From positions 29,451-93,450 of the forward strand of contig CAVYJM010000012.1 of assembly GCA_963768855.1 (NCBI GenBank): 64,000 nucleotides of DNA, read 5' to 3'. The DNA is from an uncultured Thermoplasmata archaeon. Lineage in GTDB: Archaea > Thermoplasmatota > Thermoplasmata > RBG-16-68-12. Of this stretch, positions 36,680-46,112 are shown in pieces. Under the pieces are notes generated by a model that worked only from the letters and a program-made list of their open reading frames with translations, did not search any database and was not told the DNA's origin. The position numbers were made by a program, and so were the translations under genes. Positions within the stretch are counted from its first letter, which is position 1. Every line of letters begins with the position of its first letter.

Positions 36680-37057
36680 ATGGCACTCCTCGACACCTAC
36701 GGACCAATCGTCATTTTCGCCATCGTGGCTATCCTCTTCCCGCTGGGCACCTTCTTCGCGACCCGCCTGTTCCGCCCGACGAACCCGACCCCGCTCAAGG
36801 ACCTCGTGTACGAGTGCGGCGAGGTGCCGGAGGGCGAGGCCCAGATCGAGTTCCACTTCCAGTACTACATGTTCGCCTTGATCTTCCTGGTCTTCGACGT
36901 CGCAGCGATCTTCCTTCTTCTGTGGGCGTTCGCGTGGGGTGGGCTCCTCGATCCGGCCACCCCTCCCATCGCGCGGTATTCCCCGATCATGTTCCTGATC
37001 ATCATGTTCGTCGCCACGCAGTACGCGCTGAAGAAGGAAGAGGTCATCCACATATGA
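36680..37057 (+). CDS. nuoA: NADH-quinone oxidoreductase-like complex subunit A
   Basis: 125 aa. YECGE and [12 protein letters not shown] motifs. Confidence 0.9.
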   Translation: MALLDTYGPIVIFAIVAILFPLGTFFATRLFRPTNPTPLKDLVYECGEVPEGEAQIEFHFQYYMFALIFLVFDVAAIFLLLWAFAWGGLLDPATPPIARYSPIMFLIIMFVATQYALKKEEVIHI

Positions 37058-37590
37058 GCACGGCCCCCGCGCGCGCTCCGGAGATGAACGACCGGCCCGT
37101 GGCGGGCATCGAGGTCGAGGTCCTCGCGGACCTGAAGCGGCAGTTCGGCGCCAAGCTGCTCGAGGCCCGCGTCGTGCGGCCGCTCGTCGTCGAGGTGGCG
37201 ATCGACCGGGCGGACCTCGTCGCCGTGTGCCAGCATCTCAAGGAGGCCGCGCACTTCGAGCACCTCGGATGCATCAGCGCGGTGGACTGGAAGGACCACT
37301 ACGAGAGCGTCTACCACCTGGAGAACTACTACAACGGGTGCGTCGTCCAGATCAACGCGCGGATCCCGCACGACGACCCGAAGATCGCCACGGTGTGTCC
37401 CCTCTGGAACGCCGCGAACTACCACGAGCGGGAGGCCTGGGACCTCATGGGCATCGTGTATGTGGGCCACCCGGACCTGAGGCGCATCTTGCTCCCGGAC
37501 GACTTCAAGTTCCACCCGCTGCGAAAGGACTTCCCTCAGGAGGTCGACCGGCAGTACATCAGCCGCCGCAAGCTCAAGGGAGGGAAGTGA
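37054..37590 (+). CDS. nuoC: Nuo-like complex subunit C
   Basis: From ATG 37054 (ATGA overlap with nuoA). [14 protein letters not shown] and HPLRKDFP motifs. No nuoB lies between A and C. Confidence 0.85.
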   Translation: MSTAPARAPEMNDRPVAGIEVEVLADLKRQFGAKLLEARVVRPLVVEVAIDRADLVAVCQHLKEAAHFEHLGCISAVDWKDHYESVYHLENYYNGCVVQINARIPHDDPKIATVCPLWNAANYHEREAWDLMGIVYVGHPDLRRILLPDDFKFHPLRKDFPQEVDRQYISRRKLKGGK

Positions 37591-38685
37591 GTGCCCGAGT
37601 TCTGGATTAACATGGGGCCGCAGCACCCCATGACCCACGGGCTCTGGAATATGAAGGTCAAGGTCGACGGGGAGACGATCACGGACGCGAAACCGGAGAT
37701 CGGATACCTGCACCGCGGCGTCGAGAAGATCGCGGAGGTGCGGGAGTTCCAGAAGGTCATCGTGCTCACGGACCGCCTGTGCTACGTGTCCTCGATCACC
37801 TGGTCCCACGCGTACTGCCTGGCCGTAGAGAAGATGATGGGCGTGGAGGTGCCTGAACGGGGCCAGTACCTCCGGGTGATCTCCCTGGAGTTGCAGCGGA
37901 TCGCCTCGCACCTGATGTGGCTCGCGGCGTACGGCCCGGACCTCGGCCTGCTGACCGTCCTCCTCTGGTCCCTCCGCGAGCGGGAGCTGTTCCTCGACCT
38001 GATCCAGCTCATGTCCGGGATGCGCATGAACCAGAACTACCCGCGGATCGGCGGCGTGCGCAACGACATCCCGGACAACTTCGAGGCGATGTGCAAGCGC
38101 AGCATCACCCACTTCCTCGGGAAGCTGGACAAGGAGTACTCGGCGATGCTCCATGAGTCCAAGATCTTCCACATGCGCACGCAGGGCGTGGGGATGATCT
38201 CCGCCGCGGAGGCGATCAACTGGGGGGTCACGGGTCCGAACCTCCGTGCGTGCGGCGTGAATGTGGACGTGAGGCGCCTGGACCCCTACGAGGTCTACGA
38301 GGAGATGGACTTCGAGCCCCAGGTCTGGAAGGGACCCGACGCCGGCGACTCGTACTCCCGGTTCATCTGCCGGTTCAACGAGATGCGGGAATCGTGCAAG
38401 ATCGTCCTCCAGGCCCTCGCGAAGATGCCGAAGGAGGGTGCCTATCGGACCAAACCGCCGCGCCGCGCGGAGGGCGAGGGCTACGTCCGCACGGAGGATT
38501 CCCGCGGCGAGGCCCTATTTTACGTCCTGGGCGATGGCGACGACCGGCCGTACCGCGTCAAGATCCGCAGCCCGATCTTCTGCACGATGGCCGCGACGCC
38601 AATCATGCTCCGCGGTAACAAGCTCGCGGACAGCGTGGCGATCCTCGGGTCCATCGACGTCTGTGTGGGGGAGATCGACAAGTGA
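37591..38685 (+). CDS. nuoD: Nuo-like complex subunit D
   Basis: 364 aa. MGPQHPMTHG, GYLHRGVEK, RIASHLMWL and a C-terminal GEIDK. Confidence 0.9.
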   Translation: MPEFWINMGPQHPMTHGLWNMKVKVDGETITDAKPEIGYLHRGVEKIAEVREFQKVIVLTDRLCYVSSITWSHAYCLAVEKMMGVEVPERGQYLRVISLELQRIASHLMWLAAYGPDLGLLTVLLWSLRERELFLDLIQLMSGMRMNQNYPRIGGVRNDIPDNFEAMCKRSITHFLGKLDKEYSAMLHESKIFHMRTQGVGMISAAEAINWGVTGPNLRACGVNVDVRRLDPYEVYEEMDFEPQVWKGPDAGDSYSRFICRFNEMRESCKIVLQALAKMPKEGAYRTKPPRRAEGEGYVRTEDSRGEALFYVLGDGDDRPYRVKIRSPIFCTMAATPIMLRGNKLADSVAILGSIDVCVGEIDK

Positions 38686-39935
38686 GCGCCGCCCTGGTCC
38701 CGAGCCTCTTCGGGTCGTGCTACATCCTCACCGGGGCGATCATCTGGATCGTAGACCAGATTCTGTACGCGATCGGCGCCATCATTCCCCCGATCAACGA
38801 CCCGCTCCATGCGCTCGGTGGATGGCTCGCCTCGCCCGGGGTCCTGACGTTCCTGACGTGGTTCGTCATGGTCCTCGTGATGACGATCTGGGCCGTGCTC
38901 CTCAACCTGCTCACGATGATGTGGGTCGAACGCAAGGTGTACAGCCGGCTCCAGGACCGCTATGGGATCATGATCTCGATCTGGTCCCTTCCCCTGTGGC
39001 CCTTCAGCCGCCGCAAGGACCGGCCGACCCACAAGGGCTGGGGCTACCTGCAGAATGTCGCGGATGGGATGAAGCTCCTCCAGAAGGAGAACCTCGTGCC
39101 CGCCACCGCCGACTCGATGATGTTCAACGCGGCGCCTGCGTGGATCGCGGGGACCACACTCATGGTCTTCGCAGCCCTCCCCTGGTCGAGCGGGCTGTAC
39201 GTCGCGAACCTCGATCTGGGCATCCTCTTCATCCTCGCCGCGTTCTCCCTCGCCCCGCTCGGGATTCTGATCGCGGGATGGTCCGCGAACAATAAGTACA
39301 CCCTCGTCGGCGGTCTCCGGTCCGCCGCGATGCTCATGGCGTACGAGATCCCCCTTATCCTCGTCGTCATCGCGCTCGTCTTCACGACGGGCTCCCTCGA
39401 CCCGCAGGTGCTCGTCGCGCAGCAGGAGCGCGCCCTGGTGATCAACGGGGTGACGACGCCGCTGCCGGCGTGGAACCTGTTCGGGCCGCAGATTCTCGGG
39501 TTCCTCGTCTTCATGGTCGCCATCGTCGCCGAGATGGAACGGATCCCGTTCGACCTCCCTGAAGCGGATGCCGAGCTCGTCGAGGGCTGGACGACGGAGC
39601 TCAGCGGGATGCGCTTTGGTCTCGTCTTCGGCTTCAAGTGGCTGCGCATGATTGCCGGGGCGGGACTGATCTCGATCCTGTACCTCGGCGGCTGGAGCGG
39701 GCCCGTGTTCTACACCTTCTACATCGGGAACGTACCGATCCCGATCATCCCGGAGGAGGTCTGGTTCATGCTCCGCATCTACCTCCTTGGGATCTTCTTC
39801 GTCCTCCTCTCATGGTCGGTCCCGCGAGTCCGGATCGACCAGATCCTCGACATCGGATGGAAGCGGCTGATTCCCTTCGCCCTCCTCGCAATCATCGTCG
39901 CCGCCGCGGCGCGCGTCTTCGGCTACATGGGGTGA
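38682..39935 (+). CDS. nuoH: Nuo-like complex subunit H (with an insertion in the first loop)
   Basis: 417 aa. WVERKVYSRLQDRYG ... LQNVADGMKLLQKE, GWSANNKY, RSAAMLMAYE and PFDLPEADAELV motifs. Confidence 0.9.
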   Translation: MSAALVPSLFGSCYILTGAIIWIVDQILYAIGAIIPPINDPLHALGGWLASPGVLTFLTWFVMVLVMTIWAVLLNLLTMMWVERKVYSRLQDRYGIMISIWSLPLWPFSRRKDRPTHKGWGYLQNVADGMKLLQKENLVPATADSMMFNAAPAWIAGTTLMVFAALPWSSGLYVANLDLGILFILAAFSLAPLGILIAGWSANNKYTLVGGLRSAAMLMAYEIPLILVVIALVFTTGSLDPQVLVAQQERALVINGVTTPLPAWNLFGPQILGFLVFMVAIVAEMERIPFDLPEADAELVEGWTTELSGMRFGLVFGFKWLRMIAGAGLISILYLGGWSGPVFYTFYIGNVPIPIIPEEVWFMLRIYLLGIFFVLLSWSVPRVRIDQILDIGWKRLIPFALLAIIVAAAARVFGYMG

Positions 39936-39977
39936 TCCTCGTGAGAAAGTCTGCGAGCGCGGTGCTGGAGGGGTACG

Positions 39978-40259
39978 ATGGCGGTTGACTGGGAGGCCGT
40001 CGCCTTCGTCGTCCTGAGTGGGTTCGAGATCCTCTTCTCGATCCTCCTCGTTACGAGCAAGCGGCTGGTCCGTGCGGCTTTCTGGCTCGCGGCGACCCTG
40101 ATCACGATCGGCGGGATCTACCTCCTGTTCCGCGCCGAATTCGTCTTCCTGATCCAAATCCTCGTCTACGCCGGGGCCGTCCCTCTCCTGTTCGCTTTCG
40201 GTATCATGCTCACGCGCCGCAAGATCATGGAGGAGCCGGGTATGGAGGGGAATCAGTGA
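39978..40259 (+). CDS. nuoJ: Nuo-like complex subunit J, N-terminal part (split nuoJ)
   Basis: 93 aa. AEFVFLIQILVYAGAVPLLFAFGIML is the NuoJ core. Confidence 0.8.
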   Translation: MAVDWEAVAFVVLSGFEILFSILLVTSKRLVRAAFWLAATLITIGGIYLLFRAEFVFLIQILVYAGAVPLLFAFGIMLTRRKIMEEPGMEGNQ

Positions 40260-40522
40260 TTACACAGCGACAGGCGCTCGCCGTCGCCGCGGTCGCGGCC
40301 CTCTTCCTCGTCATGGCAGTCTCCTTCGTCGGCGTGCCCTGGCCGACGACACAGCATGAGATTCCGATCGTCAACACGACATCGCCCTCGGGGAACGCCC
40401 TTGCGAACAATCTCTTCCAATCCTACGCCGTCGCGCTGATCCTGATCGGCATCATCCTCGCCGCCGCGATGGTCGGAGGCGTGTACCTCGCGAAGATGGA
40501 AGGAGGGAAGCTGGGTCCATGA
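40256..40522 (+). CDS. Nuo-like complex subunit J, C-terminal part (split nuoJ)
   Basis: 88 aa. Its start overlaps the upstream stop. The C-terminal helix ILIGIILAAAMVGGVYLAK is typical of the NuoJ end. Confidence 0.65.
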   Translation: MITQRQALAVAAVAALFLVMAVSFVGVPWPTTQHEIPIVNTTSPSGNALANNLFQSYAVALILIGIILAAAMVGGVYLAKMEGGKLGP

Positions 40523-40821
40523 TCCCGCTCGAGTGGGAGCTCGTCCTGTCCGCGCTCCTGTTCAGCATCGGCCTCTACGGGGTCCTCGCCCGGAAGAACG
40601 CGATCATGGTCCTCATGTCCCTGGAAATCGTGATCAACGCGGCGCTCCTGAACTTCGTCGCGTTCAGCTCCTACTCGAACGACGCGAGCGGCCAGGTCTT
40701 CGCCCTCCTGGGCATCGCGGTCGCCGCGGCGGACGCCGCGATCGGCCTCGCGATTTTCCTCTCCATCTACCAGACGCACGGGACCGTCGACATGGACCGC
40801 GTGAGGTTCTTGAGGTGGTAG
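40519..40821 (+). CDS. nuoK: Nuo-like complex subunit K
   Basis: 100 aa. LFSIGLYGVLARKNAIMVLMSLEI and the conserved Glu residues. Confidence 0.9.
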   Translation: MIPLEWELVLSALLFSIGLYGVLARKNAIMVLMSLEIVINAALLNFVAFSSYSNDASGQVFALLGIAVAAADAAIGLAIFLSIYQTHGTVDMDRVRFLRW

Positions 40822-40981
40822 GACGGCGGACTTCTCCTATGTCTGGATCATCCTACTGGCACCGTTCGTCTCGTTCTTCCTCTCGGGTCTGATCGGCCGC
40901 CGGACCCCGCAGGGCGGCGGGTACATCGCGGTCGGCGGCATCCTCGTCTCCTTCGTCGTCTCCCTCATCCTGTTCGTCCAG

Positions 40982-42943
40982 GTGCTCCTGGCGGGCGCCC
41001 TCGGCGGCAACTTCACCCCCGTGACGGTCGACGGCTACGTGTGGCTCCCCGGTTTCAACGCCGCCACCGGGTTCGCGTCCACGAACATCCACATCTCGCT
41101 CCTTATCGACGATCTGAGCGCGCTGATGCTCGTCCTGGTCTCCTTCCTGTGCCTTCTGATCTTCATCTACTCCCTCGGCTACATGCACGCCGAGGAGGGC
41201 AAGCCGCGCTACTACGCGGAGGTCAGCCTGTTCTCCATGGGCATGCTGGGGACGGTCAGCGCGGACAACTTCCTCCAGCTCCTGGTCTTCTGGGAGATCA
41301 TGGGCCTGTGTTCGTACCTCCTCATCGGCTTCTGGTACCACAAGCCCGAGGCGGCGAAGGCCGCGAAGAAGGCCTTCCTCGTCACCCGCGTGGGCGACGT
41401 CCTGTTCCTGATTGGAGTCCTCGTCATCTGGAACGTCTTCGGCACCCTGAGCTTCCTGGACATCCAGCAGAAGATCCCGAGCCTTTGGCAGAGCGGCGTG
41501 CTGTCGCCCCAGCTGCTTACGCTCATCCCCCTCCTCCTTTTCGGCGGCGCGGTCGGGAAGTCCGCCCAGTTCCCGCTGCATGCCTGGCTGCCCGATGCGA
41601 TGGAGGGCCCCACCACGGTGAGCGCCCTCATCCACGCCGCGACGATGGTCAAGGCGGGCGTCTACCTGACCGCCCGGGCGTTCATCTTCCTGGTCCCTCT
41701 CTCGACCGCCACGATCCACGTCACGCCACCGTGGACGGCGATCTACGTGATCGCCGGGATCGGCGGCTTCACCGCCATCTTCGCCGCGACGATGGCCGTG
41801 GTCAACTATGACATCAAGCGCGTCCTCGCGTTCTCGACGATCTCCCAGCTCGCCTACATGTTCCTGGGGCTTGGGGCGGGCGCGTACATCCTGAACGTGA
41901 GCCTCGCGCAGGGCGAGGCGGATTCGGTCGGGTACAGTGCGGCGCTATACCATCTCTTCAACCATGCGTTCTTCAAGGCGCTCCTCTTCCTCTGCGCGGG
42001 CAGCGTGATCCATGCGGTCGGGACGAACGATCTGCGGAAGATGGGTGGCCTCCGGAAGCACATGCCCATCACCTCCTGGACCATGCTCTTCGGCTGCCTC
42101 GCGCTCGCGGGGATCGTCCCGTTCAGCGGGTTCTTCTCGAAGGGGGAGATCCTCTCCGCGACCTTCGAGGCGGGCTCAACCAACTTCCTGTTCCTGGTCC
42201 TCTGGATCTTCGGGACGATCACCGCCTTCCTGACTGCCTTCTACGCGTTCCGTCTGTGGTTCATGACCTTCCGCGGGGAGTACCGCGGCGAAGGCCACCC
42301 GCACGAGTCCCCGCGGACGATGACGGTCCCGCTGATCATCCTCGGCGGCTTCACGCTCATCTCCGGGCTCTCCGCGTACGCGATGGGCGGGTTCGGCAAC
42401 CTCATCTTCTTCGACACGCCGCACTCCCAGCTCCCGCTCGTTGGCGTGCCCCTGCTCGACTACGCCCTCGAGGGGATTTCCCTCGGCGCCGCGCTCGCGG
42501 GGGTCGCGCTCGCGTGGGCCGTGTACGACACGAAGCGGATTCCCGCGGAGCGGTTCACCGCCTCCCGCGGCGGCGCGTTCATCCACAAGATGCTTTCGAA
42601 CCGCTATTGGATCGACAACGTCTACGATGCCTTCGGCGCCAAGGCGTACTGGGGCTTCGCGAAGGCGTTCGACTGGTTCGACCGGCGCGTGATCGACGGC
42701 ATCGTGAACGCGGTCGGGAGGGGAGGCCTAGCGGCCGCCGCGGGATCGGACTACTTCGACCGCAAGGTCGTCGACGGGGCCGTCAACCTGGTGAGCAAGG
42801 AGACCATCCGCTCCGGGATGCGGCTCCGCCAGAGGCAGACGGGCCAGGTGCAGAGCTACGCGTGGGTCGTCGTGTTCGGGATCGCTCTCGTGATCGCGCT
42901 CATCTTCGGGGTCGGCTGGTACCTCCGGCTGAGGGGGGGATGA
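40982..42943 (+). CDS. nuoL: Nuo-like complex subunit L (5' end probably extends to about 40826; lateral helix carries a 26-residue duplication)
   Basis: QFPLHAWLPDAMEGPTTVSALIHAATMVKAGVYL. The same frame upstream of GTG 40982 encodes a typical NuoL first helix (ADFSYVWIILLAPFVSFFLSGLIGRR) but has no ATG/GTG/TTG. Confidence 0.85.
   Translation: MLLAGALGGNFTPVTVDGYVWLPGFNAATGFASTNIHISLLIDDLSALMLVLVSFLCLLIFIYSLGYMHAEEGKPRYYAEVSLFSMGMLGTVSADNFLQLLVFWEIMGLCSYLLIGFWYHKPEAAKAAKKAFLVTRVGDVLFLIGVLVIWNVFGTLSFLDIQQKIPSLWQSGVLSPQLLTLIPLLLFGGAVGKSAQFPLHAWLPDAMEGPTTVSALIHAATMVKAGVYLTARAFIFLVPLSTATIHVTPPWTAIYVIAGIGGFTAIFAATMAVVNYDIKRVLAFSTISQLAYMFLGLGAGAYILNVSLAQGEADSVGYSAALYHLFNHAFFKALLFLCAGSVIHAVGTNDLRKMGGLRKHMPITSWTMLFGCLALAGIVPFSGFFSKGEILSATFEAGSTNFLFLVLWIFGTITAFLTAFYAFRLWFMTFRGEYRGEGHPHESPRTMTVPLIILGGFTLISGLSAYAMGGFGNLIFFDTPHSQLPLVGVPLLDYALEGISLGAALAGVALAWAVYDTKRIPAERFTASRGGAFIHKMLSNRYWIDNVYDAFGAKAYWGFAKAFDWFDRRVIDGIVNAVGRGGLAAAAGSDYFDRKVVDGAVNLVSKETIRSGMRLRQRQTGQVQSYAWVVVFGIALVIALIFGVGWYLRLRGG
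42671..42826 (+). repeat. in-frame tandem duplication within the NuoL lateral helix (period 78 nt / 26 aa)
   Basis: DWFDRRVIDGIVNAV(GRGGLAAAAGS) is followed by DYFDRKVVDGAVNLV(SKETIRSG...). Other NuoL sequences I recall carry a single D..IDG.VN unit. Confidence 0.6.
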
Positions 42944-42944
42944 G

Positions 42945-44561
42945 ATGAGCTACTGGCTCACGATCCTCCTGCTCATCCCGTTCATCGGGTTCATCGTCAC
43001 CTGGGCCGTCGGCAGGACCCAGCGGATCTCCAAGTGGGTCGCGCTCGCGTTCAGCTTGGCGCAGCTCACTCTGCTCACGCTCATCCTCGTGTCCTTCTGG
43101 ACGCCGGCCAGCTCGTGGATCGAGATGCTCCTAGGCCCGAGGATTGCCGACCCCACGAATGGGATCCCGGGAGGCACCCAGTCGGCGTTCTCCTACTTCG
43201 AGAAGGCGAACTGGGTGCCGCAGATCGGGATGAACTACATCCTGGGGTTCGACGGGCTGAGCGTGCCGCTCGCCTGGCTCACGCCGTTGCTGACCACCCT
43301 GGCGATCGTCTTCCACTGGGACGAGGAGCACCGCCCGCGGGAGTTCTTCGCGCTCCTCCTCTTCCTGGAGATGTCCCTCACGGGGGTCTTCATGGCCCTC
43401 GACTTCTTCCTGTTCTTCATCTTCTGGGAGCTCGTCCTGATCCCGATGTTCTTCCTGATCGGGATCTGGGGCGGGCCGAATCGCCGGTACGCCGCCCTGA
43501 AGTTCCTCGTGTACACCCACGTGGCTAGCGTGATCATGCTCCTCTCCATCTTCGCTCTGTACTGGACGTACAGCGGCACGGCGAACGCGGCCGTCTACGG
43601 GACGAGCACGAACACGTTCGACATGACGGTCTTCCTCGAGGCCGCACGGCGCCACGCCGTGAATGGCGCGCTCGCCTACATCCCCCTTGCCACGCAGATC
43701 CCCGTCATGCTCGGGTTCCTCTTCGGGTTCATCGTCAAGCTTCCCTCCTTCCCGTTTCACACCTGGCTGCCGGACGCCCACGTCGAGGCGCCCACGGGCG
43801 GGTCCGTCCTCCTGGCGGGCGTCCTCCTGAAGATGGGCGGCTACGGGATCTTCCGGATCGACCTGGGGATGTTCCCGGATGCGATGCGGGAACTGTGGTG
43901 GGTCCTCGCGGCGCTCGGCATCATCTCGATGGTCTACGCGGCGTTCGTCTGCCTGCACCAGACCGACCTGAAACGACTCATCGCATACTCGTCCGTGGGC
44001 CACATGGGCTTCGTGACCTTGGGCGCCGCCACGCTGACGACGATCGGCGTGGAGGGTGGCATCTTCCAGATGTTCAACCACGGACTGATCACCGCAGTCC
44101 TGTTCATGCTCGCGGGGTCCGTGAAGCACGCGACGGGCACGCGGGAGATTCCGAAGCTGCAAGGCCTCTCGAAGGTGATGCCCCAGTTCTCGCTCATCCT
44201 GATGATTGGGTTCTTCGCCTCTCTGGGCCTGCCGGGACTGAACTCCTTCTGGTCCGAGTTCATGGTCTTCCTCGGGACGTACAGCTCGCAGTCGATGGGG
44301 GCGACGAGGGCCCTCGTCCTCGTGCCCATGGTCTCGATCGTGGTGACCGCGGCTTATTACGTCTACGCGATGCAGCGGATCCTGTTCGGGGACGCGCCGA
44401 AGGAGTTCGAGCACGTCCACGACCTGATGCCGTGGGAGCGCTTTTCCTACGTCATCCTGGTGCTGCTCATCTTCGCGGTCGGCCTCCTGCCGTTTGCGTT
44501 CCTCTCCCTCATTCAGGACTATGCGATCCATGGCCTCCCGTGGCTGATGGGGGCGGTGTGA
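42945..44561 (+). CDS. nuoM: Nuo-like complex subunit M (copy 1)
   Basis: 538 aa. FPFHTWLPDAHVEAPTGGSVLLAGVLLKMGGYG. Confidence 0.9.
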   Translation: MSYWLTILLLIPFIGFIVTWAVGRTQRISKWVALAFSLAQLTLLTLILVSFWTPASSWIEMLLGPRIADPTNGIPGGTQSAFSYFEKANWVPQIGMNYILGFDGLSVPLAWLTPLLTTLAIVFHWDEEHRPREFFALLLFLEMSLTGVFMALDFFLFFIFWELVLIPMFFLIGIWGGPNRRYAALKFLVYTHVASVIMLLSIFALYWTYSGTANAAVYGTSTNTFDMTVFLEAARRHAVNGALAYIPLATQIPVMLGFLFGFIVKLPSFPFHTWLPDAHVEAPTGGSVLLAGVLLKMGGYGIFRIDLGMFPDAMRELWWVLAALGIISMVYAAFVCLHQTDLKRLIAYSSVGHMGFVTLGAATLTTIGVEGGIFQMFNHGLITAVLFMLAGSVKHATGTREIPKLQGLSKVMPQFSLILMIGFFASLGLPGLNSFWSEFMVFLGTYSSQSMGATRALVLVPMVSIVVTAAYYVYAMQRILFGDAPKEFEHVHDLMPWERFSYVILVLLIFAVGLLPFAFLSLIQDYAIHGLPWLMGAV

Positions 44562-44562
44562 G

Positions 44563-46101
44563 ATGGAGATCACATTCCCCCTCCTGACATACATCATCTT
44601 CATCCCCCTGGTGGGCGCCGTCCTGACCTACGCCCTGGGGCTCTCTGTGCGGGTGGCGAAATGGATTGCCCTCGCCTCGAGCCTGGTCACGCTCGCCTTC
44701 GGATCGTTGCTCCTGGCCGGATTCGTGCTCCCGTCCGACGTGGTGCTCAGCCAGCAGACGATCGGCGGGCAGTCGTACTTCGCGGGGGAGCAGCTCGTAT
44801 GGGTCCCCCAGCTCAACGTGCACTACATCGTGGGCGCCGACGAGCTGTCCGCGGTCCTCATCTTCCTGAACACGCTCCTGACGCCCCTCGCGCTCGCCTT
44901 CAGCTGGGACGAGCGCCACCGCGTCCCGGAGTTCTACGCGATGTTCCTCCTCCTGGAGTGCACGGTGAACGGGATCTTCCTCTCCCTCGACCTGTTCCAG
45001 TTCATTGTCTTCTGGGAGGTCCAGCTCGTCCCGATGTACTTCATCATCGCGGTCTGGGGCGGCCCGCGCCGCAAGTACGCGGCGATGAAGTTCTTCATGT
45101 ACACGTTCCTCGCCAGTCTCCCGCTCCTCGTGTCCATCTTCGCATTTTACTTCTACAGCGGCACGTTCGACATGCGGCAGATCATCGCGACGAGCCCCAT
45201 CCCGCCCGGGACGATTGGCGACCTGATGTTCGTCGCGATGCTCGTGGCCTTCGGCACGAAGCTGCCGACGTTCCCGCTGCACACCTGGCTCCCGGACGCC
45301 CACGTCGAGGCGCCGACCGGCGGCTCCGTGATCCTGGCGGGGATCCTGCTGAAACTCGGAGGCTACGGGCTCATCCGCTTTAACGTCGAGATGATCCCGA
45401 AGGCCGCCGCGGACATGTGGTGGCTCCTCGCCGCGGTCGGGGTGATCTCGATCCTCTACGGGGCCATCGTGTGCCTCGTCCAGAACGACCTCAAACGGAT
45501 GGTCGCGTTCTCGAGCGTGAGCCACATGGGCTTCGTGACGCTCGGGATCGCCGCGGGCGTCTACGGTTTCGCCTACGGCCCCGCGAACCTCCAGGCGGGG
45601 GCCGCCCTGGGTTTCAGCGGCGCGGTCTTCCAGCTCTTCGCCCACGGCCTCGTGTCGGCGGCCCTCTTCATGGTCGCCGGGTCCATCGGCCACAAGATCG
45701 GGACCCGGAACATCTCGGAGCTCGGCGGCATCGCGAAGGTCGCGCCGCGAACGGCGACGTTCATGATGGTGGCCTTCATGGCCTCCCTGGGACTGCCAGG
45801 GCTCGTCGGATTCGCCGCGGAGTACGGCGTGTTCGTCGGCGTCTACGCGGCGTTCGGCCTCTGGGTGTTCGTCCCGATCCTGACCGTCGTGTTCACGGCC
45901 GCGTACTACATCTTCGCGATGCAGCGCAGCCTCTTCGGCCCCCTGAACCCGAAGTGGGAGAAGTATCCTGACATGGAGAAGCACGAGACCCTCCCGCTCT
46001 CCGTCCTCGCCGTGACGTTCGCGATCTTCGGCATCGTCCCGATCGTCATCTACCAGCTCATCACGCCGTGGGCCACGCATCTGCTGGCAGGGCTGTTCTA
46101 G
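44563..46101 (+). CDS. nuoM: Nuo-like complex subunit M (copy 2)
   Basis: 512 aa. FPLHTWLPDAHVEAPTGGSVILAGILLKLGGYG, an M-type rather than N-type signature. Confidence 0.85.
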   Translation: MEITFPLLTYIIFIPLVGAVLTYALGLSVRVAKWIALASSLVTLAFGSLLLAGFVLPSDVVLSQQTIGGQSYFAGEQLVWVPQLNVHYIVGADELSAVLIFLNTLLTPLALAFSWDERHRVPEFYAMFLLLECTVNGIFLSLDLFQFIVFWEVQLVPMYFIIAVWGGPRRKYAAMKFFMYTFLASLPLLVSIFAFYFYSGTFDMRQIIATSPIPPGTIGDLMFVAMLVAFGTKLPTFPLHTWLPDAHVEAPTGGSVILAGILLKLGGYGLIRFNVEMIPKAAADMWWLLAAVGVISILYGAIVCLVQNDLKRMVAFSSVSHMGFVTLGIAAGVYGFAYGPANLQAGAALGFSGAVFQLFAHGLVSAALFMVAGSIGHKIGTRNISELGGIAKVAPRTATFMMVAFMASLGLPGLVGFAAEYGVFVGVYAAFGLWVFVPILTVVFTAAYYIFAMQRSLFGPLNPKWEKYPDMEKHETLPLSVLAVTFAIFGIVPIVIYQLITPWATHLLAGLF

Positions 46102-46112
46102 GGGGCGAGAAG

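Noticed and set aside
36403-37053. N-terminal 217 codons of ORF 36403..37590, considered as a possible hidden nuoB
   Set aside because: It overlaps nuoA and the Moco gene in other frames, has an Arg/Pro-rich translation, and shows no NuoB Cys motifs. The real gene is nuoC from ATG 37054.
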